Of a stretch of DNA of 64,000 nt, positions 11,738 to 23,420 are shown one piece after another. The stretch spans positions 168,764,001 through 168,828,000 of the forward strand of contig NC_091476.1 of the NCBI RefSeq assembly GCF_036971445.1, in the 5' to 3' direction. A program made the position numbers and the translations under genes. Source of the DNA: Narcine bancroftii (Eukaryota). Each line of letters starts with the position of its first letter. The first letter of the stretch is position 1. The notes below the pieces were generated by a model. That model was not told the DNA's origin and searched no databases. It saw nothing but the letters and a program-made list of their open reading frames with translations.

Positions 11738-12503
11738 ACACAACAGACTCGCCAAGGCAAATAGTGCCTTTGGAAGACTATACAAAAGAGTCTGGAAAAA
11801 CAACCAACTGAAAAACCTCACAAAGATTAGCGTATACAGAGCCGTTGTCATACCCACACTCCTGTTCGGCTCCGAATCATGGGTCCTCTACCGGCATCAT
11901 CTACGGCTCCTAGAACACTTCCACCAGCGTTGTCTCCGCTCCATCCTCAACATTCATTGGAGCGACTTCATCCCTAACATCAAAGTACTCGAGATGGCAG
12001 AGGCCGTCAGCATCGAATCCACGCTGCTGAAGATCCAACTGTGCTGGGTAAGTCACATCTCCAGAATGAAGGACCATCGCCTTCCCAAGATCGTGTTATA
12101 TGGCGAGCTCTCCACTGGCCACTGTGACAGAGGTGCACCAAAGAAGAGGTACAAGGACTGCCTAAAGAAATCTCTTGGTGCCTGCCCCATTGACCACCGC
12201 CAGTGGGCTGATATCGCCTCAAACCGTGCATCTTGGCGCCTCACAGTTCGGCGGGCAGCAACCTCCTTTGAAGACCGCAGAGCCCACCTCACTGACAAAA
12301 GGCAAAGGAGGAAAAACCCAACACCCAACCCACCAATTTTCCCCTGCAACCGCTGCAACCGTGTCTGTCTGTCCCGCATCGGACTTGTCAGCCACAAACG
12401 AGCCTGCAGTCAGCAGGCCACCTGACCTCCCGTCAGGTCCACCCATGGACATTTACCGCTCCATAAATCTTCGTCCACGAAGCCAAGCCAAAGAAGAAAG
12501 AAA
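11738..12503 (+). mobile_element. RTE-clade LINE, 5'-truncated
   Basis: LPKIVLYGELSTG...PKKRYKDCLKK...CNRCNRVCLSRIGLVSHKRAC, followed by an (AAG/AAAG)n tail. Confidence 0.9.
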
Positions 12504-13723
12504 GGACTTAATGGACATCCTTGTTATGTTCCCCTAAATAGCCGAAACATGGTGCCATCACTCATTCAAATCTTATTAATTTGATTTTTAACTGCAATAC
12601 CTTTCCATCGACTTGCAAGTGACTTACCAATCTTTTCACCATGAATTATAAAAATGACTTTTACTTCTCAACAATTGTTGTTCAATAGGATATGTAGAAA
12701 GTCTGCCTAATGGTACACTAAAGGAAACTTTGTGCAATATTGCAGCTAGCTGCTCTTGCTCTGCAGAGACTATAGCTCAGGAGAGGTTATAGCTGCATGC
12801 AAGTTAGCTCAGAAAGTTCCCAAAAAGAACAACGTGAACCCTAGTTGAGTGTTGTTAACACTAAGCTTTATTGGGCTCACAGCCCTGCTTTTATTCTCAA
12901 GCTGAGAGGTGTGGTTAAAGCACCCTCAGTGCTGATTGGTGCACTTGCGATCCACTTTCCTTGATAGGCCAGTTAGGCTCCTTTAGTTGTGGCTAATTGG
13001 AGGGCAGCGTGGCAGGCCTTGTGCAGCCTGCTGGATTGTTGCATTCATCCTTCATTTTGAGGCACCCTGAGGGAGGGGAGGGGAGGGGAGGGGAGGTGAC
13101 GGGTACATGACAGGTCATTCATCTGAGTTCTACTGGTACCCTGTAACCCAGTGCTACTTGATGCATAATTGGGTGGTTGGTGACTAAACTGGCTCCCCCT
13201 ACCTGGTGTGGAGGGTGGCTAGCCACCCTGCAGAATGAAAAAGAAGACCTGTCAAAGGGCAGGCAAACCCTCCCGTCAGGTCAACGGCCATCTTGCAAAC
13301 ACGTGTCACGAAGCGTGGAAAGGGCACCCCCTGCACCGAAGCTCGGTCTGGCCATCCGCTGCAACAGAACTCTCCCCCCCCCCCCACCGCACCCCCCACA
13401 GAACGTCTCGGACCTCACCGCGCTGCAATGCTGGATGCAGGAGGGGATGTCGAGAGGGTGGGTCTGGGCTCCCCCCCCCCCCTACAATCCATTCCTCCTC
13501 TGTGAGGAGCGGGCTAGCCTCGCAGTGCCGGTACAGGGCACACCCACCAAACTGGCTGAAGGGAACCATCATCAGCTATGGGAGGAATAGCCAGAAGAGG
13601 ACATGGCAAAAGACTCTTATGTGACCTATTATAGCCCTTCTTCCCTGCTCCCTCCCCACTTTTTATTTTAGTTCAAGCACCTGCCCACTGTTTCATGTCT
13701 GAAATGTTGCTGTGTGACCTGCT

Positions 13724-14328
13724 TGCGAGGGATACTGGAATGTTGGGAGTCCAGAGATACTGGAAGCAAGTGCCAATTAGGAATAAAGTATTATGGGTTA
13801 ACTTAAGGTGAAGGGATGCTGGAATGTGAGGAGTCAAGCAAGTGCTCATTAGAGATGAAGTATTATGGGTTAACTTAAGGTGAAGGGATGCTGGAATGTG
13901 AGGAAGGATTGTAAAAGTGTAATAAACTAAGGATCTTCAAAACAGGATAGCAAGTAGATAGCTTTAGCAAGTCTTAGGGATTGATTAATGAGTGAAGAAC
14001 AAAGACATGATATTTCCTGGTGAACAAGGTTGCAGGAAGACACATAAACTGATAAGAAGTAAGAATCCATGTGGGCAGAATTACCTAATCCAGCAGGCAG
14101 CAGAATGTTGGGGGGAAGGTATCTCTGCACTGAAATGAACTGTAGAAAAGTTGGGTGAGCCCCAGTATCTGTGTGTATTCCCAGGGTAAGGGGAAGCCCC
14201 CAACTTTGCACTGTTGTAATAGTATAATAAAAGTTCTTTGTTCTCAATTTTTGTCTCAAATTCTGTGAAGGAACTTCTGCTGATTCTCCAGCTCTTTCCC
14301 ATTCAGACTCCAATCAGGGGGTGAAACA
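13724..14328 (+). mobile_element. Probable solo LTR immediately upstream of SNIP1
   Basis: TG...CA ends, an internal 72-bp tandem duplication (13786 and 13858), TATA-like TGTAGAAAA at about 14141 and AATAAA at 14226. No TSD was found. Confidence 0.55.
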
Positions 14329-14560
14329 AGAGGGTGACTGGAGGAGACACACAAACGTCTGCCCAAATAGCCCAGCAGGGGGAGACCTTGCCAGGACTCT
14401 GGGCTGCAACCTTGCCAGGACTCAGAGCCTGACCTTTCACCTTTGCCCCGCTGCCCCGGAAGGGCTGTCCTCCCTCTTCCGCCATCTCTCCCGGCGCCCG
14501 TCGTCTGCGGGGGGAGGGGCGTCGAGTGCTCCGCTGGATCCGCCCGCCCGCCCGGTGAAC

Positions 14561-14776
14561 ATGGAGGCACGGGGCCGCCGCAAGGCCTCGGACAGCCCCG
14601 GCCGCCGCCACCGGCTCAAGATCAAGCGCGAAGGCGCGGCCATCCAGCGGCGCCGCTCCAGTTCCGGCTCGTCCGGCGGCAGCCTCTCTCCGCCCGGTCA
14701 CTGGGAGGGCCGCTCCCCGGGGCGGAGGAACCCGGGCCCCGGCCAGCACTCGGGGCCGGACACCAAGTGCAGACGG
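14561..14776 (+). CDS. SNIP1: Smad nuclear-interacting protein 1, coding exon 1
   Basis: Kozak-context AACATGG in a CpG island. Encodes MEARGRRKASDSPGRRHRLKIKRE...SGGSLSPP, resembling human VKQE...SGGSPSPP. Donor CGG|GTGAGT in phase 0, in frame with the next exon. Confidence 0.8.
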
Positions 14777-14807
14777 GTGAGTGGAGTCGGGCGGGTCCCG
14801 GCAATGG

Positions 14808-17800
14808 TAGGGAAGGAGGCTCCCTCCTCGCTCAGGTCGGTGTCCCGGGGTCGGGCTGGGAGGGGAAGGAGGCTCCCTCCTCGCTCAGGTGGGTGTCCCG
14901 GGGTCGGGCTGGGAGGGGAAAGAGGCTCCCTCCTCGCTCAGGTCGGTGTCCCGGGGTCGGGCTGGGAGGGGAAGGAGGCTCCCTCCTCCCCCTGGTGGGT
15001 GTCCCAGGGTCGGGCTGGGAGGGGTAGGAGGCTCCCTCCTCACTCAGGTGGGTGTCCCAGGGTCGGGCTGGGTGGGGAAGGAGGCTCCCTCCTCACCCAG
15101 GTGGGTGTCCCGGGGTTAGGCTGGGAGGGGAAGGAGGCTCCCTCCTCGCTCAGGTGGGTGTCCCGGGGTCGGGCTGGGAGGGGAAGGAGGCTCCCTCCTC
15201 GCTCAGGTCGGTGTCCCGGGGTCGGGCTGGGAGGGGAAGGAGGCTCCCTCCTCGCTCAGGTCGGTGTCCCGGGGTCGGGCTGGGAGGGGAAGGAGGCTCC
15301 CTCCTCGCTCAGGTGGGTGTCCCGGGGTCGGGCTGGGAGGGGAAGGAGGCTCCCTCCTCGCTCAGGTGGGTGTCACGGGGTCGGGCTGGGTGGGGAAGGA
15401 GGCTCCCTCCTCGCTCAGGTGGGTGTCACGGGGTCGGGCTGGGTGGGGAAGGAGGCTCCCTCCTCGCTCAGGTGGGTGTCCCGGGGTCGGGCTGGGAGGG
15501 GAAGGAGGCTCCCTCCTCGCTCAGGTGGGTGTCCCGGGGTCGGGCTGGGAGGGAAAGGAGGCTCCCTCCTCGCTCAGGTGGGTGTCCCGGGGTCGGGCTG
15601 GGAGGGAAAGGAGGCTCCCTCCTCGCTCAGGTGGGTGTCAAGGGGTCGGGCTGGGAGGGGAAGGAGGCTCCCTCCTCGCTCAGGTGGGTGTCCCGGGGTC
15701 GGGCTGGGAGGGGAAGGAGGCTCCCTCCTCGCTCAGGTGGGTGTCCCGGGGTCGGGCTGGGAGGGGAAGGAGGCTCCCTCCTCGCTCAGGTGGGTGTCCC
15801 GGGGTCGGGCTGGGAGGGGAAGGAGGCTCCCTCCTCGCTCAGGTGGGTGTCCCGGGGTCGGGCTGGGAGGGGAAGGAGGCTCCCTCCTCGCTCAGGTGGG
15901 TGTCCCGGGGTCGGGCTGGGAGGGGAAGGAGGCTCCCTCCTCGCTCAGGTGGGTGTCCCGGGGTCGGGCTGGGAGGGGAAGGAGGCTCCCTCCTCGCTCA
16001 GGTGGGTGTCCCGGGGTCGGGCTGGGAGGGGAAGGAGGCTCCCTCCTCGCTCAGGTCGGTGTCCCGGGGTCGGTCTGGGAGGGGAAGGAGGCACCCTCCT
16101 CGCTCAGGTGGGTGTCCCGGGGTCGGGCTGGGAGGGGAAGGAGGCTCCCTCCTCGCTCAGGTGGGTGTCCCGGGGTCGGGCTGGGAGGGGAAGGAGGCTC
16201 CCTCCTCGCTCAGGTCGGTGTCCCGGGGTCGGGCTGGGAGGGGAAGGAGGCTCCCTCCTCGCTCAGGTGGGTGTCTCAGGGTCGGGCTGGGTGGGGAAGG
16301 AGGCTCCCTCCTCACCCAGGTGGGTGTCCCGGGGTCGGGCTGGGAGGGGAAGGAGGCTCCCTCCTCGCTCAGGTGGGTGTCTCAGGGTTGGGCTGGGTGG
16401 GGAAGGAGGCTCCCTACTCACCCAGGTGGGTGTCCCGGGGTCGGGCTGGGAGGGGAAGGAGGCTCCCTCCTCGCTCAGGTCGGTGTCCCGGGGTCGGGCT
16501 GGGAGGGGAAGGAGGCTCCCTCCTCGCTCAGGTGGGTGTCACGGGGTCGGGCTGGGAGGGGAAGGAGGCTCCCTCCTCGCTCAGGTGGGTGTCCCGGGGT
16601 CGGGCTGGGAGGGGAAGGAGGCTCCCTCCTCGCTCAGGTGGGTGTCCCGGGGTCGGGCTGGGAGGGGAAGGAGGCTCATTCCTCGCTCAGGTGGGTGTCT
16701 CAGGGTTGGGCTGGGTGGGGAAGGAGGCTCCCTACTCACCCAGGTGGGTGTCCCGGGATCGGGCTGGGAGGGGAAGGAGGCTCCCTCCTCGCTCAGGTCG
16801 GTGTCCCGGGGTCGGGCTGGGAGGGGAAGGAGGCTCCCTCCTCGCTCAGGTGGGTGTCCCGGGGTCGGGCTGGGAGGGGAAGGAGGCTCCCTCCTCGCTC
16901 AGGTCGGTGTCCCGGGGTCGGGCTGGGAGGGGAAGGAGGCTCCCTCCTCGCTCAGGTGGGTGTCTCAGGGTCGGACTGGGTGGGGAAGGAGGCTCCCTAC
17001 TCACCCAGGTGGGTGTCCCGGGGTCGGGCTGGGAGGGGAAGGAGGCTCCCTCCTCGCTCAGGTGGGTGTCCCGGGGTCGGGCTGGGAGGGGAAGGAGGCT
17101 CCCTCCTCGCTCAGGTGGGTGTCCCGGGGTCGGGCTGGGAGGGGAAGGAGGCTCCCTCCTCGCTCAGGTCGGTGTCCCGGGGTCGGGCTGGGAGGGGAAG
17201 GAGGCTCCCTCCTCGCTCAGGTGGGTGTCTCAGGGTCGGGCTGGGTGGGGAAGGAGGCTCCCTCCTCACCCAGGTGGGTGTCCCGGGGTCGGGCTGGGAG
17301 GGGAAGGAGGCTCCCTCCTCGCTCAGGTGGGTGTCTCAGGGTTGGGCTGGGTGGGGAAGGAGGCTCCCTACTCGCCCAGGTGGGTGTCCCGGGGTCGGGC
17401 TGGGAGGGGAAGGAGGCTCCCTCCTCGCTCAGGTCGGTGTCCCGGGGTCGGGCTGGGAGGGGAAGGAGGCTCCCTCCTCGCTCAGGTGGGTGTCCCGGGG
17501 TCGGGCTGGGAGGGGAAGGAGGCTCCCTCCTCGCTCAGGTCGGTGTCCCGGGGTCGGGCTGGGAGGGGAAGGAGGCTCCCTCCTCGCTCAGGTTGGTGTC
17601 TCAGGGTCGGGCTGGGTGGGGAAGGAGGCTCCCTACTCACCCAGGTGGGTGTCCCGGGGTCGGGCTGGGAGGGGAAGGAGGCTCCCTCCTCGCTCAGGTG
17701 GGTGTCCCGGGGTCGGGCTGGGAGGGGAAGGAGGCTCCCTCCTCGCTCAGGTCGGTGTCCCGGGGTCGGGCAGGGAGGGGAAGGAGTCTCCCTCCTCGCT

Positions 17801-20800
17801 CAGGTGGGTGTCTCAGGGTCGGGCTGGGTGGGGAAGGAGGCTCCCTACTCACCCAGGTGGGTGTCCCGGGGTCGGGCTGGGAGGGGAAGGAGGCTCCCTC
17901 CTCACTCAGGTGGGTGTCCCGGGGTCAGGCTGGGAGGGGAAGGAGGCTCCCTCCTCACTCAGGTGGGTGTCCCAGGGTCGGGCTGGGAGGGGAAGGAGGC
18001 TCCCTCCTCACTCAGGTGGGTGTCTCAGGGTCGGGCTGGGAGGGGAAGGAGGTTCCCTCCTCACTCAGGTGGGTGTCCCGGCGTCGTGCTGGGAGGGGAA
18101 GGAGGCTCCCTCCTCACCCAGGTGGGTGTCTCAGGGTCGGGCTGGGTGGGGAAGGAGGCTCCCTCCTCACCCAGGTGGGTGTCCCCGGGTCGACTGGGAG
18201 GGGAAGGAGGCTCCCTCCTCACTCAGGTGGGTGTCCCAGGGTCGGGCTGGGAGGGGAAGGAGTCTCCCTCCTCACTCTGGTGGGTGTCCCGGGGTCGGGC
18301 TGGGAGGAGAAGGATGCTCCCTCCTCACTCAGGTGGGTGTCCCGGGGTCGGGCTGCGAGGGGAAGGAGGCTCCCTCCTCGCTCAGGTGGGTGTCTCAGGG
18401 TTGGGCTGGGTGGGGAAGGAGGCTCCCTCCTCGCTCAGGTGGGTGTCCCTGTGTCGGGCTGGGAGGGGAAAGAGGCTCCCTCCTCACTCAGGTGGGTGTC
18501 CCAGGGTTGGGCTGGGAGGGGAAGGAGGCTCCCTCCTCACTCAGGTGGGTGTCTCAGGGTCGGGCTGGGAGGGGAAGGAGGCTCCCTCCTCACTCAGGTG
18601 GGTGTCCCGGGGTCGGGTTGGGAGGGGAAGGAGGCTCCCTCCTCACTCAGGTGGGTGTCCAGGGTCGGGCTGGGAGGGGAAGGAGGCTCCCTCCTCACTC
18701 AGGTGGGTGTCCCGGGGTCGGGCTGGGAGGGGAAGGAAGGCTCCCTCCTCACTCAGGTGGATGTCCCGTGGTCGGGCTGGGTGGGGAAGGAGGCTCCCTC
18801 CTCACTCAGGTGGGTGTCTCAGGGTCGGGCTGGGAGGGGAAGGAGGTTCCCTCCTCACTCAGGTGGGTGTCCCGGCGTCGGGCTGGGAGGGGAAGGAGGC
18901 TCCCTCCTCACCCAGGTGGGTGTCTCAGGGTCGGGCTGGGTGGGGAAGGAGGCTCCCTCCTCACCCAGGTGGGTGTCCCAAGGTCGACTGGGAGGGGAAG
19001 GAGGCTCCCTCCTCACTCAGGTGGGTGTCCCAGGGTCGGGCTGGGAGGGGAAGGAGTCTCCCTCCTCACTCTGGTGGGTGTCCCGGGGTCGGGCTGGGAG
19101 GAGAAGGAGGCTCCCTCCTCACTCAGGTGGGTGTCCCGGGGTCGGGCTGCGAGGGGAAGGAGGCTCCCTCCTCGCTCAGGTGGGTGTCTCAGGGTTGGGC
19201 TGGGTGGGGAAGGAGGCTCCCTCCTCGCTCAGGTGGGTGTCCCTGTGTCGGGCTGGGAGGGGAAGGAGGCTCTCTCCTCACTCAGGTGGGTGTCCCAGGG
19301 TCGGGCTGGGAGTGGAAGGAGGCTCCCTCCTCACTCAGGTGGGTGTCTCAGGGTCGGGCTGGGAGGGGAAGGAGGCTCCCTCCTCACTCAGGTGGGTGTC
19401 CCGGGGTCGGGTTGGGAGGGGAAGGAGGCTCCCTCCTCACTCAGGTGGGTGTCCCAGGGTCGGGCTGGGAGGGGAAGGAGGCTCCCTCCTCACTCAGGTG
19501 GGTGTCCCGGGGTCGGGCTGGGAGGGGAAGGAGGCTCCCTCCTCACTCAGGTGGGTGTCCCGTGGTCGGGCTGGGTGGGGAAGGAGGCTCCCTCCTCACC
19601 CAGGTGGGTGTCCCGGGGTCCGGCTGGGAGGGGAAGAAGGCTCCCTCCTCGCTCAGGTGGGTGTCCCGGGGTCGGGCTGGGAGGGGTAGGAGGCTCCCTC
19701 CTCACTCAGGTGGGTGTCCCGGGGTCGGGCTGGGAGGGGAAGGAGGCTCCCTCCTCACTCAGGTGGGTGTCCCAGGGTCGGGCTGGGAGGGGAAGGATGC
19801 TCCCTCCTCACTCAGGTGGGTGTCTCAGGGTCGGGCTGGGAGGGGAAGGAGGCTCCCTCCTCACTCAGGTGGGTGTCCCGGGGTCGGGTTGGGAGGGGAA
19901 GGAGGATCCCTCCTCACTCAGGTTGGTGTCCCAGGGTCGGGCTGGGAGGGGAAGGAGGCTCCCTCCTCGCTCAGGTGGGTGTCTCAGGGTCGGTCTGGGT
20001 GGGGAAGGAGGCTCCCTACTCACCCAGGTGGGTGTCCCGGGGTCGGGCTGGGAGGGGAAGGAGGCTCCCTCCTCACTCAGGTGGGTGTCCCGGGGTCGGG
20101 CTGGGAGGGGAAGGAGGCTCCCTCCTCACTCAGGTGGGTGTCCCAGGGTCGGGCTGGGAGGGGAAGGAGGCTCCCTCCTCACTCAGGTGGGTGTCTCAGG
20201 GTCGGGCTGGGAGGGGAAGGAGGTTCCCTCCTCACTCAGGTGGGTGTCCCGGCGTCGTGCTGGGAGGGGAAGGAGGCTCCCTCCTCACCCAGGTGGGTGT
20301 CTCAGGGTCGGGCTGGGTGGGGAAGGAGGCTCCCTCCTCACCCAGGTGGGTGTCCCGGGGTCGACTGGGAGGGGAAGGAGGCTCCCTCCTCACTCAGGTG
20401 GGTGTCCCAGGGTCGGGCTGGGAGGGGAAGGAGTCTCCCTCCTCACTCTGGTGGGTGTCCCGGGGTCGGGCTGGGAGGAGAAGGATGCTCCCTCCTCACT
20501 CAGGTGGGTGTCCCGGGGTCGGGCTGCGAGGGGAAGGAGGCTCCCTCCTCGCTCAGGTGGGTGTCTCAGGGTTGGGCTGGGTGGGGAAGGAGGCTCCCTT
20601 ATCGCTCAGGTGGGTGTCCCTGTGTCGGGCTGGGAGGGGAAAGAGGCTCCCTCCTCACTCAGGTGGGTGTCCCAGGGTCGGGCTGGGAGGGGAAGGAGGC
20701 TCCCTCCTCACTCAGGTGGGTGTCTCAGGGTCGGGCTGGGAGGGGAAGGAGGCTCCCTCCTCACTCAGGTGGGTGTCCCGGGGTCGGGTTGGGAGGGGAA

Positions 20801-23420
20801 GGAGGCTCCCTCCTCACTCAGGTTGGTGTCCCAGGGTCGGGCTGGGAGGGGAAGGAGGCTCCCTCCTCACTCAGGTGGGTGTCCCGGGGTCGGGCTGGGA
20901 GGGGAAGGAGGCTCCCTCCTCACTCAGGTGGATGTCCCGTGGTCGGGCTGTGTGGGGAAGGAGGCTCCCTCCACACCCAAGTGGGTGTCCCGGGGTCCGG
21001 CTGGGAGGGGAAGAAGGCTCCCTCCTCGCTCAGGTGGGTGTCCCGGGGTCGGGCTGGGAGGGGAAGGAGGCTCCCTCCTCACTCAGGTGGGTGTCCCGGG
21101 GTCGGGCTGGGAGGGGAAGGAGGCTCCCTCCTCACTCAGGTGGGTGTCCCAGGGTCGGGCTGGGAGGGGAAGGAGGCTCCCTTCTCACTCAGGTGGGTGT
21201 CTCAGGGTCGGGCTGGGAGGGGAAGGAGGTTCCCTCCTCACTCAGGTGGGTGTCCCGGCGTCGGGCTGGGAGGGGAAGGAGGCTCCCTCCTCACCCAGGT
21301 GGGTGTCTCAGGGTCGGGCTGGGTGGGGAAGGAGGCTCCCTCCTCACCCAGGTGGGTGTCCCGGGGTCGACTGGGAGGGGAAGGAGGCTCCCTCCTCACT
21401 CAGGTGGGTGTCCCAGGGTCGGGCTGGGAGGGGAAGGAGTCTCCCTCCTCACTCTGGTGGGTGTCCCGGGGTCGGGCTGGGAGGAGAAGGAGGCTCCCTC
21501 CTCACTCAGGTGGGTGTCCCGGGGTCGGGCTGCGAGGGGAAGGAGGCTCCCTCCTCGCTCAGGTGGGTGTCTCAGGGTTGGGCTGGGTGGGGAAGGAGGC
21601 TCCCTCCTCGCTCAGGTGGGTGTCCCTGTGTCGGGCTGGGAGGGGAAGGAGGCTCCCTCCTCTCCCAGCTGGGTGTCTCGTTGTCGGGCTGGGTGGGGAA
21701 GGAGGCTCCCTCCTCACTCAGGTGGGTGTCCCGGCGTCGGGCTGGGAGTGGAAGGAGGCTCCCTCCTCACCCAGGTGGGTGTCTCAGGGTCGGGCTGGGT
21801 GGGGAAGGAGGCTCCCTCCTCACCCAGGTGGGTGTCCCGGGGTCGACTGGGAGGGGAAGGAGGCTCCCTCCTCGCTCAGGTGGGTGTCCCAGGGTCGGGC
21901 TGGGAGGGGAAGGAGTCTCCCTCCTCACTCTGGTGGGTGTCCCGGGGTCGGGCTGGGAGGGGAAGGAGGCTCCCTTCTCACCCAGGTGGGTGTCTCAGGT
22001 TTGGGCTGTGAGGGGAAGGAGGCTCCCTCCTCACCCAGGTGGGTGTTTCAAGTTCGGGCTGGGTGGGGAAGGAGGCTCCCTCCTCTCCCAGCTGGGTGTC
22101 TCGTTGTCGGGCTGGGTGGGGAAGGAGGCTCCCTCCTCACTCAGGTGGGTGTCTCAGGGTCGGGCTGGGAGGGGAAGGAGGTTCCCTCCTCACTCAGGTG
22201 GGTGTCCCGGCGTCGGGCTGGGAGTGGAAGGAGGCTCCCTCCTCACCCAGGTGGGTGTCTCAGGGTCGGGCTGGGTGGGGAAGGAGGCTCCCTCCTCACC
22301 CAGGTGGGTGTCCCGGGGTCGACTGGGAGGGGAAGGAGGCTCCCTCCTCACTCAGGTGGGTGTCCCAGGGTCGGGCTGGGAGGGGAAGGAGTCTCCCTCC
22401 TCACTCTGGTGGGTGTCCCGGGGTCGGGCTGGGAGGAGAAGGAGGCTCCCTCCTCACCCAGGTGGGTGTCCCGGGGTCGGGCTGGGAGGGGAAGGAGGCT
22501 CCCTCCTCACTCAGATGGGTGTCCCGGGGTCGGGCTGGGATGGGAAGGAGGCTCCCTCCTCACTCAGGTGGGTGTCCCGGGGTCGGGCTGGGAGGGGAAG
22601 GAGGCTCCCTCCTCCCCCTGGTGGGTGTCCCGGGGTCGGGCTGGGAGGGGAAGGAGGCTCCCTTCTCACCCAGGTGGGTGTCTCAGGTTTGGGCTGTGAG
22701 GGGAAGGAGGCTCCCTCCTCACCCAGGTGGGTGTCCCGGGGTCGACTGGGAGGGGAAGGAGGCTCCCTCCTCACTCAGGTGGGTGTCCCAGGGTCGGGCT
22801 GGGAGGGGAAGGAGTCTCCCTCCTCACTCTGGTGGGTGTCCCGGGGTCGGGCTGGGAGGAGAAGGAGGCTCCCTCCTCACCCAGGTGGGTGTCCCGGGGT
22901 CGGGCTGGGAGGGGAAGGAGGCTCCCTCCTCACTCAGATGGGTGTCCCGGGGTCGGGCTGGGATGGGAAGGAGGCTCCCTCCTCACTCAGGTGGGTGTCC
23001 CGGGGTCGGGCTGGGAGGGGAAGGAGGCTCCCTCCTCCCCCTGGTGGGTGTCCCGGGGTCGGGCTGGGAGGGGAAGGAGGCTCCCTTCTCACCCAGGTGG
23101 GTGTCTCAGGTTTGGGCTGTGAGGGGAAGGAGGCTCCCTCCTCACCCAGGTGGGTGTTTCAAGTTCGGGCTGGGTGGGGAAGGAGGCTCCCTCCTCTCCC
23201 AGCTGGGTGTCTCGTTGTCGGGCTGGGTGGGGAAGGAGGCTCCCTCCTCACTCAGGTGGGTGTCTCAGGGTTGGGCTTGGTGGGGAAGGAGGCTCCCTCC
23301 TCACCCAGGTGGGTGTCTCACGATCGTGCTTGGAGTTGAAGGAGACTCTCGCCTCACCCAGTCGGCCACGTGAGTGTCCCAGCTTTGGGTGGGAGAGAAG
23401 GTGGATCCCTCCTCACACTG
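14808..23420 (+). repeat. 53-bp GC-rich minisatellite, about 160 copies, in SNIP1 intron 1
   Basis: Unit AGGAGGCTCCCTCCTC(G/A)CTCAGGTGGGTGTCCCGGGGTCGGGCTGGGAGGGGA; period measured directly (15301 to 15354). Confidence 0.98.

Noticed and set aside
14321-23373. Giant ORFs of 2792, 2691 and 1545 aa; one is in frame with SNIP1 exon 1
   Set aside because: They result from a stop-free 53-bp unit read through all three frames. A consensus donor at 14777 removes the region, and there is no domain content.
23256-23375. GTGAGT donor at 23370 as the end of a hidden SNIP1 exon 2
   Set aside because: The nearest acceptors give exons that shift frame or contain TGA, with no similarity to SNIP1.
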